From positions 1,302,001 to 1,366,000 of the forward strand of contig NW_027117340.1 of NCBI RefSeq assembly GCF_038025025.1: a stretch of 64,000 nucleotides of DNA, in the 5' to 3' direction. The number at the start of each line of letters is the position of its first letter. Within the stretch, counting starts at the first letter, position 1. The notes under the pieces are model-generated. The model ran no database searches and had not been told where the DNA came from. It saw only the letters and a program-made list of their open reading frames with translations. Below are positions 1-11,037 of the stretch, piece by piece. A program made the translations under genes and the position numbers. Source of the DNA: Phyllosticta citribraziliensis (lineage: Eukaryota).

Positions 1-909
1 ACTCTTTCACTCGTTTTTTCTGAAAGTTCCCAGGTTGCAGCATGGGCCCAGCCAGTCTAAGCAGCGAAGTAGAGAGAACTATCTATTTCTCCCGCAATGT
101 CAGCTAGTAGTTCGACAGTTTGGTAACTTGGAAATACCCCTGAAAAGTTAGAAATATTTGACGCAAGTTGCGCGCTGCCTTCAATCCCATCGATACCAAA
201 TTCGCTGTGCTCTTCGCTTTTGATCTGATGCCTGTCGAGTTGGATACAACCAATCCGCCAGGAGCTTCGAAGAGCAGTGAGTGTAAATCTGTCACCGAAC
301 CCCGGTCTCCACACAACCAAAGCTGATTCGGACAAACCATGTGAAAGCCTGCAAAGCGTGGTTCCTGGCCCTCCCAACAAAGACCCTTGGTTACGCCGCA
401 ACCACAACCGAGCCCTGTTGAGATAGCATTTGGGTCACTGAACAGATACCCGTCTTAGCACGTCTCAACCCGACAACAAGACGCAGTCATTCTCTCAGGC
501 AATTTGGTGCATGACCCCGACGTTTCAAACTGTTGATGCCGAGCCCATAATCACGTGTCAAATTTCATTATACCCTGGTCCAAATACGGAGCGTACCATG
601 GTATTGTGTTGTCAAAGAATCTTTGGTTGGATTTTGTCTGATCCAAAGATGTATTCGCAAGGCCCACTGTGCTGTATAAAAGATTCCACTCTCCTTGGTC
701 CCTTCACAGCTGCAACGTTTCACTGCTTAACAGATCATCAGAAAGTGCTTAAAAGCAAAATACTTGATTGCGACAACTGCTTGGATACTCACCGTACGAA
801 ACATACCCGATTCGGCCAATTCCCTTTCTGAAGAAATTTCAGACTCTGCTTTGGTCCTTCGAAGCAACATTCCCCCGAGGACTCGGCTGCTACCGTCTGC
901 TTCAAATCA

Positions 910-2964
910 ATGGACATTCGACAAATCCTAATGCCAAAGTTAAACAAAAAGCCTGGTCAGGCTCGGGTTGAGCAGTTATCTGGATTTCATCATTTCATAC
1001 TGGAGAAATTCATCGATTATGAACTCGGGCATCTTAGAGCGCGGGGAGACAGTCCATTAACCGCCGCGTCAAATTTTCTTGAAAAAGTCGACAAATACGT
1101 CAAAGAAGTCTCTTCCAAGCTTTTTATGAGCACCAAATCCACACGATACCCCCACAACGTCCACGAGGGGTTCGAATTCGACCAGTTGAAGCCACGGGAA
1201 CAAGTCAAAGAAAACCAGCAAGCCTACGCCAACATCCCTGAAAGATTCGAGTACTACCAGTCCGCGTCTGAGGAGGAACTCGATGGAGAAGAGGAGGACG
1301 ATAGGCTCGAAAACAAGCGTCTCGCGCCCGATGAGAAACCTGAAGAGGGAGGGCAAGCCAGCTTTGACATTCCCAATGGATTCGGAAAGCAGCTCATGAC
1401 CATGGAGAACCTCAAAGATGAGCAAGCCTTCTTTGACGTGCATGATGGGTTTGAAAACGCTCAACTCATGGCCGTGGGAAACTTCGATGAAGAAAAAACC
1501 TGCTTCGACATTTCTGAGGGTTTTGAAAATGACCAGCTCGGGGCCATGGGAAACTTGGAAGAAGCGCAAACCTTCTTTGAATTCCCCGAGGGGTTTGAAA
1601 ACGCTCAACTCATACCTAAAAGGGAGCCTGAAGAAAAGAAGCAGAGTTTTGACGTTGAATCATCGCAATACTGGGGCTCGATCGATTACATTCCCCACGC
1701 AGGGGCGATTTCTCTGGTTCTTAGCCATGTCGACCCACGCGACAGTGTCAACTCGAAAGACTGCGAGGTCAGCACCTCCAGGGGTACATTCAACAAAGTC
1801 TTCATCGTCACGCTCCCTGAAGGTACCAAATACGTCTTGCGTGTTCCCCGGTTCGGTATTTCGGAATCATGGAACTCCGACGAAGAGACCGCTTTTCTCA
1901 CTACGCTAAAGACGATGGAATACGTACGGGCTATGACAAGTCTCCCCATACCGCAAGTCATTGCATACGACCACACCCACGACAATGCGATCAAACATCC
2001 ATACTCAATCCTCTCGTACTTTACTGGCCGCAGTGTCTACTGGGCGTGGAGCGACGCAACGGACCCCAATCTCGAGGCCACGCGGCAAAGGATCCTCCGC
2101 TCCTTGGCTCGTACGGTATCTGGTCTATCGAAGCTCTCCTTCGATTCTCACGGGTCACTCCAATTCGAAGGGGATGGCATTCTGAGCCCGCACATAGGCC
2201 CATCGAAGCGGGTCATCCGTCACACCTACGATCCAGACGTGGGTCTCATCCACGAGACCCAGACGCGAAGACCCTTCGACTCGCACAGGGCTTACCTCGA
2301 GCGGAGACTCGAGAAAGCGGAAGAATTGGGTATTTCGACCATTGCGAGCGTCCCAAACTCTGTCAAGCTGGGCGAGCTCAAGATTCTTCGGATGCTCCTG
2401 AAGTGCTTCCCCACCGGTGCAGCTCATCTCGACGCAGAGGGTAGGGAAAGGTTCAGCATCGTGCCTCCCGACTTCGACTGGCAAAATATCCTGGTCGACG
2501 ACGATGGCAACGTCACCGCCCTGATTGATTGGGATGACATGCGCACCCAGCACGGATTGAAGGGTTGGGCCTCTTGTCCGCGATTCCTGAGGACCGACTG
2601 GATCTACGTTGGGATGCCTCCATGGGAGGAGGACATCAACATGTCGCCTCGGGACCTGCTCAAATACCGGAGGGACTACGCCAACTACATTGCCGAGGCT
2701 GTGAATAGCGAGGGCGACGCGTGCTTCACCATGAAGTCGGCTGTTTGGCAGGCCATTGAGCAGGCCTTGAAGCAATCGTGGGATAGGACTGCTATCCTGA
2801 CCAAGATTTTGACCGCCGCCCAGCCCGAGATTCAACACCCGCAGGATTTCCTGTATGATGTTGGCCGCAATGGTTTGCGCCCTGACGACGAAGTGGAACT
2901 ACAGATGCGGTTCCATGCCTATTTGGCTTGCTCTCCTGGAGCAGACACCGAGCACGACGTCTGA
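910..2964 (+). CDS. APH/choline-kinase-like phosphotransferase family protein with N-terminal acidic 24-aa repeats (684 aa, intronless)
   Basis: Long ORF with kinase-like motifs RGTFNKVF, YVLRVP, LPIPQVIAYD, HPYSILSY, PPDFDWQNILV and LIDWD. Confidence 0.85.
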   Translation: MDIRQILMPKLNKKPGQARVEQLSGFHHFILEKFIDYELGHLRARGDSPLTAASNFLEKVDKYVKEVSSKLFMSTKSTRYPHNVHEGFEFDQLKPREQVKENQQAYANIPERFEYYQSASEEELDGEEEDDRLENKRLAPDEKPEEGGQASFDIPNGFGKQLMTMENLKDEQAFFDVHDGFENAQLMAVGNFDEEKTCFDISEGFENDQLGAMGNLEEAQTFFEFPEGFENAQLIPKREPEEKKQSFDVESSQYWGSIDYIPHAGAISLVLSHVDPRDSVNSKDCEVSTSRGTFNKVFIVTLPEGTKYVLRVPRFGISESWNSDEETAFLTTLKTMEYVRAMTSLPIPQVIAYDHTHDNAIKHPYSILSYFTGRSVYWAWSDATDPNLEATRQRILRSLARTVSGLSKLSFDSHGSLQFEGDGILSPHIGPSKRVIRHTYDPDVGLIHETQTRRPFDSHRAYLERRLEKAEELGISTIASVPNSVKLGELKILRMLLKCFPTGAAHLDAEGRERFSIVPPDFDWQNILVDDDGNVTALIDWDDMRTQHGLKGWASCPRFLRTDWIYVGMPPWEEDINMSPRDLLKYRRDYANYIAEAVNSEGDACFTMKSAVWQAIEQALKQSWDRTAILTKILTAAQPEIQHPQDFLYDVGRNGLRPDDEVELQMRFHAYLACSPGADTEHDV
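1360..1660 (+). repeat. Coding tandem repeat, about 72-bp / 24-aa unit, about 4 copies plus a partial copy
   Basis: Units SFDIPNGFGKQLMTMENLKDEQA / FFDVHDGFENAQLMAVGNFDEEKT / CFDISEGFENDQLGAMGNLEEAQT / FFEFPEGFENAQLIPKREPEEKKQ. GGGTTTGAAAACGCTCAACTCAT recurs at 1447 and 1591, 144 bp apart. Confidence 0.85.
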
Positions 2965-3606
2965 AAGGCGCTGGACCTTTCCTCTCCCGTTCTACCGAAA
3001 TCCTCAAAGTCTCCAATGCTTGGAATTGATGAGTCGAAACTCGTAGAGTTTGGCTTTGGATTCCGAAAAGTTTGGTCTTGGGATGATTCGCACTTCCCTA
3101 TGTTTGCTCAATTGCGCCTTTCTTGGTCAACTTGTATTCCTGCTTGTTTTGTAACCAATGTGTATATCCAAGAGTAATATCTACAGCTTGCAATCTAGCA
3201 AAAGACATGTAATATTTAATTACTATCGACACGCGTGAAACCCTTTTTTCAAAGTGGCGAAGACGTTGAAAATGGATGGCAGCTTTGCACCAGCCGCTAT
3301 TATTGCTATTATTGGACGTATTATATGATTTGTGCATGACTGCGCTTGGGCTTCAGTTCATTCTATCGGTTTAGGCATGGTAGATGACTGTTTTCGCCGT
3401 CGCCGTCGCGCCTTCCTCCTCTCTTCAAAGTTTTCCCACCACAACACGATCGAAACTGACGCTCAATTCAACTTTCACGCTCTCGTCCTACCTCTACACT
3501 CTCATCTGGTACCCGTCGCACTTCACTTCTGAAGATACATCCATTTCGGAGGTATCGTCTCGTTTCCGAACTTTCTTCCATCAACCAAGCCAAGCTTCAT
3601 ACAACA

Positions 3607-5061
3607 ATGGACCGTCTTCAAGGCCAGAACGACGCACAAAAGATCGTCTCTGCCGAAGAGAGAGACCAGAATCCTCGTGCATGCCCACTGCTTGATGAGC
3701 ATGGATGTGAGAGGGTTATCAAGTCGATTTTGAACGTACCCGCCGACGACGTTATTGATGACATCTACTGGGGTCCCGTGATGCGGATCAGCAAATCGAC
3801 AGTCGTTGAGCTTGTCAAGTCTCACATCGATCCGGCGAGCGCAATACCCGAACCAGAGTGCATGGTCGAGTGTATTGAGCAAGGCGCATGGAATAGGGCC
3901 TTTCTCGTCCGCATCAGCAGCGAAAAGTTCATTCTCCGAGTTCCCTCTCTAGGCGTCCGTGGCGTTTGGAACCGGCACAAGGCTCTTCAGCTGCGATCAT
4001 CGGCTCTTTCCATGAGGTGGATCAGAAACAACACTCGGATACCTGTCCCGGAGGTCCTAGCTTACGACATTACCCACAAGAACGAGATCGGTCACCCGTT
4101 CACCCTGATGAGACACGTCTCTGGAACGCAGATTTGCGACGTGTGGGACGACGACGACGGATCAGACGCTGAGTTCGAAGCCAAGCGTCTCAGGATATTG
4201 GATTCCGTGGCCGAAACCGCAGCCCAGCTGCAAACAATCTCTTTTACCCACTCTGGCATGCTTCATTTTGACGACGAGAGCGCAACACGCCCTAGAGTCG
4301 GCTTGACATACCATCTGTGCGAGGATGGTGTAAAGGGAGACAACCGACTTGTCCATGAAACCTCTCTGACTGACCCGATAGCTTCGTCCCATGAAAACTT
4401 TTGCTTCCGATTGGAAACCTGGTGGGATCTCCAGACTGATGATGGATACGATCTCCCTGAAGACCCGGACGCTCTCGTTTTGCTCAAAGGCCAGCACGAA
4501 ATCCTTCGTCTGCTAGTCGATTGCCTCCCTTTTGCAAGAGCCCAAGAAGGCCAAGCCGTACAAGAGACGTTTGTTCTTGCTCATCCTGATTTCGACTGGC
4601 AAAACATCATGGTTGACGACGAGGGAAACGTCACTGGCGTGATCGACTGGGATTGCACCCGCGCAGTTAGCCGCTTCCTAGGCTATGCAGCGCTTCCACT
4701 GTGGCTCGGCAAGGGCTACGTAGCGTGTCTGGTTCTGAGTGGAAGTGTCTGGTCGTCTCCAGAGCGCTTCCAGTATTACCGAGCCTTCTACGCGTCAGCC
4801 ATGGCAAAGGCGATGCATGGCAAGGGTGATTGCGCATACACGCACAAGTCCATCTTGTTTCTCGCACTTGAAGATGCCCTTAAGTATCCAAACCGCACGC
4901 TCTGCTTCCTCCAAAAGATCGTGCACCTCGTGCTTCCAGGAACCGATGTCATGTACTTTCTCAAGCGCATTGGGACAGAAGGGCTTGTGGATCAGGACAA
5001 GGGTCTATTCCAAGAACTCTTTCGATGCGCACCTGGAGCTGACCCGCGATTCCCCATCTGA
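3607..5061 (+). CDS. APH/choline-kinase-like phosphotransferase family protein (484 aa, intronless), tandem paralog of 910..2964
   Basis: Motifs QGAWNRAF, FILRVP, IPVPEVLAYD, HPFTLMRHVSG, HPDFDWQNIMV and VIDWD. ATG context ACAACAATG. Confidence 0.88.
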   Translation: MDRLQGQNDAQKIVSAEERDQNPRACPLLDEHGCERVIKSILNVPADDVIDDIYWGPVMRISKSTVVELVKSHIDPASAIPEPECMVECIEQGAWNRAFLVRISSEKFILRVPSLGVRGVWNRHKALQLRSSALSMRWIRNNTRIPVPEVLAYDITHKNEIGHPFTLMRHVSGTQICDVWDDDDGSDAEFEAKRLRILDSVAETAAQLQTISFTHSGMLHFDDESATRPRVGLTYHLCEDGVKGDNRLVHETSLTDPIASSHENFCFRLETWWDLQTDDGYDLPEDPDALVLLKGQHEILRLLVDCLPFARAQEGQAVQETFVLAHPDFDWQNIMVDDEGNVTGVIDWDCTRAVSRFLGYAALPLWLGKGYVACLVLSGSVWSSPERFQYYRAFYASAMAKAMHGKGDCAYTHKSILFLALEDALKYPNRTLCFLQKIVHLVLPGTDVMYFLKRIGTEGLVDQDKGLFQELFRCAPGADPRFPI

Positions 5062-5098
5062 AGGAGAGGCTGATTCCGCCATTCAGTCTGGGAAACGA

Positions 5099-5634
5099 AT
5101 GGAAATCTGCATTCTATTTCTCGACAACGACAACAAGGGCAGGGACAACAAGGATGGCAAATAGTCTGAGGACAAGGAGGGAAAGAACGGCAAGGACAAG
5201 AAGGACGTGAAAAAGATCACTTATGACGGACGCAACAGAGGAGCCACTTTAGACTGGTTGTCTCATCGAATCTCTCAAGCACCGCAGTGGCTTACTCGAC
5301 TTCGGGGCTCCGCTGTGTTCGTTGGTAGACTATCAAAAGCATCAACTTGCACGTTGGAAAACCTCTGGGAGAAGGCTTTGAGAGGGCTAGCCGCTGGGTA
5401 TCGTCAGCGAGAGAGCGTAAATGCCGATGAGGAACCAGTCTTGGAAGAAAGGCACATGTTGGCATTGGATTCTGATTTGGAGAATGCCGCGAGGATTGGT
5501 TTTCGATACACCATCCTCTTGTATTCGTAGAGAGATCTTCCAATCAAGGATGCAGTTTTGACAAGACTTTCTGGCGGTAGAATGCGTAGAATTGCGAGCG
5601 TGACATCTGTGACGCATCATCGGTGCCAATCATA
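5099..5634 (+). pseudogene. Possible degenerate gene fragment (one frame broken by TAG stops)
   Basis: The frame from ATG 5099 reads ...DNKGRDNKDGK*SEDKEGKNGKDKKDVKKITYDG...YTILLYS*RDLPIK..., with in-frame TAG at 5162-5164 and 5528-5530. No family recognised. Confidence 0.25.
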
Positions 5635-5934
5635 ACCCTAGTCCATATTCTCTGCTTGCAGGACTTGATCAACTCGGGGGACATGGTCGGTTTAGGAGCG
5701 CGTCGCCTTGATAAGGGATACTGTAGTTGTGAAAAGGCGGATATGCGGAAACAATAGTCCAAAATCTTAGGCTGAGATGGTTCTTGTCCTTGCTCTTCAG
5801 ATGGGCACATATCAGGAGGGAAATCTGTTTGCGAATTGGAAATCAAATGTTCCCCTACCCGGGGAAGTCTGTACACAAATCCTATCAAATCATCTTTAAA
5901 TGCAGCGCCAAAAACCCACCCAGTCTATATCAGC

Positions 5935-6622
5935 CTAAGCCTTTGCAGTCCAAACCCTCTTGATGGCCTCGGTAATACCAACGTCGTTGGACTCGAACTC
6001 GTAGAGGCCGTAGGCGACGAGAAGAGTGAATCCTCTCAGAACCCAGGTCAAAAATGCACGCACACCGGGAACGCGCTTGGTCGGAAAGTAGTCGACGATG
6101 CAAGCACTGTCATGGTCAGCTACCATTGTTTTCCGAGATATCTCCATACGCCTTACTCGAAGCCAATGTGGGAGTGAATGACAAGCAGACTGCAGAGAAT
6201 CGCGTCGGAAATTGGATTCAGCGAGCCAGCAGCGAAGGGAGCGACGGTAAGAGGGATGAGAGCAGCCGAGACGAGTCTGGAGGTAGGTCAGCCATGTCGC
6301 GAACGGCTCAGCGAATATCGCACCTCTCAAAAGTCCAGTGATAGCTGCCGTGGGTGGGCGAGGGGTCTGGCACAGGCGCGGGGTCGTTGGTAGTACCCTC
6401 GACCTTTTGGGGCAGAGGAGGGAGGATGGCGCGGCTGGCAGTGGCGTGGAAGGGCCTCAGCGAAGGCAGAGCACTGCGAACAAATGCACTCTGGACTGGC
6501 CTCTGGACGAGCGGCTTGGATGTTCTGAAAGCGGCGGCAGCAGCAGAGGCCTTGGTGGAGACGATGCGCTGGGTGGGGAGGGCGGTGCAGGCCCGCAGGG
6601 TAGGACGGAAGATGGACGCCAT
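5935..6622 (-). CDS. SDH4: Succinate dehydrogenase cytochrome b small subunit (CybS/Sdh4), 196 aa
   Basis: Exons 6622-6324, 6276-6157, 6106-5935 (591 nt, GT-AG introns). Mitochondrial presequence; HGSYHWTFER, HSHIGF..CIVDY and ESNDVGITE motifs. Confidence 0.93.
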
Positions 6623-6763
6623 TGTGCCTCTCTGGTGGGTTGGACTGGACTGGACTGGGCTGAGAAGTGGTGGGCGAGGGAGAAAGGTCGCGGTGATGGT
6701 CGACTGCGTTGCCGAGGGTAGCGGGACGAGCGATGATCCAAGACGAAGGCTTACTCAGAGGCT

Positions 6764-6774
6764 CGCCATTGGCC
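6764..6774. promoter_or_regulatory. CCAAT box (GGCCAATGGCG on the - strand) in the SDH4/MAS1 bidirectional promoter
   Basis: CGCCATTGGCC near the middle of the 263-bp divergent intergenic region; the identical 11-mer occurs upstream of INH1. Confidence 0.5.
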
Positions 6775-6885
6775 GGCCGCGACCTAGAGCCGTAAAATCG
6801 AACATCGCAGCAGAGCTACACCACACACTCTGCCACCAACCTCCGACCACCCGCATCTCTCCCATTCTCCCCACAACTCGTCGCC

Positions 6886-8531
6886 ATGGCTTCCCGGCGG
6901 TTGGCGTTCAACCTTCACCAGGCGATGCGCAGCCGCGCCGCCATCAACAGCGTCAGGTCGCCGGTTACCAGAGGCCTGGCCACTCCGGTCAGCCACGGAG
7001 CAAAGACTGAGACGACGACCCTGACCAACGGCTTCACGGTATGCCGCGCCCTCGCCGAATCCGAGAGCAGCAATTGACGTGATTGATGGCAGATTGCGAC
7101 GGAGCACTCGCCCTGGGCCCAGACTTCGACCGTTGGTGTCTGGATCGACGCTGGCAGCCGCGCCGAGACCGACAAGACCAATGGCACTGCGCACTTCCTC
7201 GAGCACCTTGCCTTCAAGGTAGGAAACCCGCTCAGGATTGGTTCAGGATGATACTGAAGGCAGGCGACAGGGCACTCAAAAGCGCACCCAGCAGCAGCTG
7301 GAGCTTGAGATCGAGAACATGGGCGGCCACCTCAACGCATACACTGCGGTATGTTGCTCAAGAAAATCTTTACTGCTGGCTCTAACATCAGCCAGCGTGA
7401 GAGCACCGTCTACTACGCAAAGTCTTTCAACTCGGACGTCCCCAACACCGTCGACATTCTCGCCGACATTCTCCAAAACTCCAAGCTTGAGAAGTCTGCC
7501 ATTGAGCGCGAGCGCGATGTCATCATCCGCGAGGGCGAGGAGGTTGACAAGCAGATTGAGGAGGTCGTTTTCGACCACCTGCACGCCACCGCTTACCAGG
7601 GCCAGCCCCTCGGCCGCACGATCCTTGGACCCCGCGAGAACATCCTGAGCATCCAGCGCGAGGATCTTGAGAGCTACATCAAGACCAACTACACCGCTGA
7701 CCGCATGGTTCTGGTTGGTGCTGGTGGTGTTCCCCACGCCCAGCTCGTCGAGCTCGCTGAGAAGCACTTTGCCAACCTTCCCCCCGAGACTCCCGCTGCC
7801 TACCGTTCGACCGCTGTTGCCCAGAAGCAAAAGCCCGACTTCATTGGCTCCGAGGTCAGGATCCGTGACGACACCATGTCCACTGCCCACATCGCCATCG
7901 CCGCCGAGGGTGTGAGCTGGAAGGACCCCGACTACTTCACTGCCCTCGTTGCCCAAGCCATCGTTGGAAACTGGGACCGCGCCATGGGCAGCTCCCCCTA
8001 CCTCGGCAGCAAGCTCAGCACCTTTGTCCACAACAACAACCTGGCCAACAGCTTCATGAGCTTCTCCACCAGCTACAGCGACACTGGGTAAGATATGACA
8101 TTTTTCGGCATATTGAAAAATGCGGACTAACATATCGCAGTCTCTGGGGTATCTTCCTCGTCTCCGACGCCGCCACCCGCCTCGACGACCTTGTCCACTT
8201 CACTCTCCGCGAATGGTCCCGCCTGTCGCTCAACGTCACCGAGGCTGAGACGGAGCGCGCCAAGGCCCAGCTCAAGGCCTCGATTCTCCTCTCGCTCGAC
8301 GGCACCACCACCACTGCCGAGGACATTGGCCGCCAAATCATCACAACCGGCCGTCGCCTGACGCCCGAGGAGGTTGAGCGCGTCATCAGCCAGATTTCGG
8401 AGAAGGACGTCATGGAGTTCGCCCAGAACAAGCTGTGGGACCGCGACATTGCCATCAGCGCCGTTGGCAGGATCGAGGGTCTGCTCGACTACGCCCGCAT
8501 CAGGGGCGACATGACCAGGATGCTGTCGTAA
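6886..8531 (+). CDS. MAS1: Mitochondrial-processing peptidase subunit beta (M16 family), 479 aa
   Basis: Exons 6886-7038, 7093-7218, 7271-7348, 7396-8087, 8141-8531 (1440 nt). HxxEH motif [15 protein letters not shown]; also [23 protein letters not shown] and EDIGRQI. Confidence 0.95.
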
Positions 8532-9340
8532 GCAGGTGTTAGAATAGAAGAGCGGAATCTAGTCGTGGGTTTGGTTTCTTGAGCGCGGTGTACTCCTATT
8601 ATTGCGTGGATATAGAGAAGGTCATAGTGTACACTTAGCCCTTAGTTTCCTTGCTGTAAAAATTCCCTTGATGCTGCTTGATGGAACCCTGCACGATTCC
8701 GAGTTATCCCGAGACTGACCCGAAGACAGTGGCAGCTCGGACGGGTTGGAGGAGGGAGGGGCCAAAAAGTACGGAGTCCTGGGACAGCATAGGAGAAGTT
8801 GGCTAGGTTGCTTGGATGGCTGAAGCTCGAATACCCGTCACAAGGGCGCCAAGTGCTCTTCTCCCGCACTGCCTCAAATCATCTGTGCGCTCAAAGCTGA
8901 CGTCTTGTGTTGCTAAGAAAAGCTGGGTGTAGTCAATAAATGTGCAGAGGACACTGTACAACTAAGATCTGCGAACCGCTCCAAGCAGGACATGGACTTG
9001 AGGTTCGAAATGTCCTTCCGCGGCGCACCCAGCAAATCCAATCCAGTCGGACCTGTGTCTTGCGCGCCCCACATTCAAGGGACACTTGTTTTAATCACCG
9101 ATCCTCGCGGGCCCAGCTCTTTGTTTTCCGCGGGACGCCTGGGCGAAAATGGACGGCTCAACCGCGACACAGGAGGGCAAGCAGCTTCAGTCTCGCGAGA
9201 GAGGAACTGGCAGAAGTTTGTGACCAACAAATGATATTCAATGCATTGACGTCATATCTCTTGTAGCTAGGATGAACCCCTCAAAGATTCCTCGACTTCG
9301 TTGTGGAGAGTGGAGTGCGGAGTGATGCCGCACGAAAAAC

Positions 9341-9849
9341 TTAGTTCTGCTCGCCGCCTTGGCTCTTGGTGAGCTCCTCACTGCGCAAACAATGTGTCAG
9401 CTCAATTGTTCCGTGGGGACGCGAGGAGACGCGCGAAAGAAGGCGTGGGGAGGGACACGTACATGTGCTTGTCCAGCTCGTCGAGGTGCTTCCTCTGGCT
9501 GGCAATCTTCTCCTTGAGCTCCAGCAGCCTGGCACGTGTTGTTAGCTGCGATTGCCCCTGTGTGGTGCCTCTGTATGTGGTGTTTGAGACTTACTTCCTC
9601 TTCTCTTCCTGGCGGATGTAGAGCTCCTCATTCGCGGCCTCGCGCTTGGTGAAAGCATCGCTGGGACAGTTGTTAGCTTTGAGCCCATGATTCTGCAGCC
9701 ATTGAGGTCTTTTTGACAACTTACCCAGCCTTCTCGCCGCCGGATCTGGGGGCGCCCGCGTCGCCAGCAGCCATGGCACGGACGGTTGTGGAGAAGGGAC
9801 GGGCAGCCACAGGGGCCCTGATGGCGCGAGTGACGGAGGTGCGGAACAT
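9341..9849 (-). CDS. INH1: Mitochondrial F1Fo-ATPase inhibitor (IATP family), 98 aa
   Basis: Exons 9849-9725, 9660-9595, 9528-9463, 9380-9341 (297 nt). Presequence, then GDAGAPRSGG..AGDAFTKREAANEELYIRQEEKRKL and a coiled coil. Confidence 0.9.
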
Positions 9850-9974
9850 TGTGAAAGTCGAAAGGCGGTAGTGGTCAGCTTGTTAGGCGCAGAAGGTGAT
9901 GATGATGGGCTTGGTGTTGGTAGTGGAGTTAAGTAGGCTCGGCAGCTCCAGTCGCCCCGGAGCTGCCGCTTCCT

Positions 9975-9985
9975 GGCCAATGGCG
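9975..9985. promoter_or_regulatory. CCAAT box (GGCCAATGGCG) upstream of INH1
   Basis: 126 bp upstream of the INH1 ATG; identical to the element at 6764-6774. Confidence 0.5.
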
Positions 9986-11037
9986 TCACCGTGGGCCGGA
10001 GTCGGCAATCACGTGCGTCAGGCTGGTTACCTCAGCCGGCAGGTCTCTCTGGGGATCTATCTGGAGATAACTATGGGGACGGGGAGAATACGGTCGACGG
10101 ACGGCTGGTATTCGGCTTACACATCTGGGGACGGCTGGGGTCTCACAGCATGGCAGTACTTGGTCACCACGGCATGGACTATTGGACATGCCAGGTCGTT
10201 TGGCAGATCGACGTGCCTATATTGAGCAACAACGAAGCCCCATGAAGGCTCGGGGGCCATTTTCAGGAACAGACGCCAAGTTGGCTTGCGGCAGCCCAAC
10301 GAGTGTCGAAATTGGCAATGGAGATCGGCCCTACGTGTGAGGTGAGGTGGTTCCGTTAGGAGGGTTAAGATAGGTTCCGGTTGTTGGCAAGCAAGGCACG
10401 TGATGGGCATTCCCCTGAGACGGGACCTCTCAGCACCGGCAGCATGGACGGTTCGGTTGGGGAGAGGGGAAGGAGAGGGAGCGAGAGTGTTGCTCGTGGC
10501 GTGTGCCTGCATGCTAAGCTTAGGTTTTGGCTCTGGAACAGCCCAAAGTCTAAAGGCCGAGTCTCATGGGCTCGGGCGACGGCAGAAGGTCAGTGAGGTA
10601 CCGTAAGGTAGCAGAGGTGCGTGGAGGGTGACGATGCTGGGCAGCGGGAGGGTGCGGCTCTCGACAGTTGAGTTTGGCCAACGCTGCAATGGGCGGGAGA
10701 CAGGTAAAGACAGAGGCCCCATCGCGCCCTCCAGCTCCATTGCATCGCATCAGACTCCATCTCTCTCGTCGGTGGTTGCACTTGCTGGCCTGCTCTGCTG
10801 CTCGCCCTTGGGTTGGAAGGCGGTGTAATACGTCGCTCGCTTATTAAGACCCCTACCACCTCATCTTTGACTTCCACTCGAGCCCGACCGTCTGCCAACG
10901 TCAACAAACACCCCTCGCCCAACTCCAACTCATCTCCCCACCCTCTGCGTCGCCGCAAGCTCTATTGCTCCAGCTCTCCGCTTCGACAACCTCCCTTGAT
11001 TCGCCTTCCTTTCGATCTCTGTCACGACTTCCATCAG

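Noticed and set aside
7276..8133. 285-aa minus-strand ORF
   Set aside because: It is an antisense shadow of the highly codon-biased MAS1 gene. The same applies to antisense ORFs over 14-3-3, NIK1, CDC20 and the kinases.
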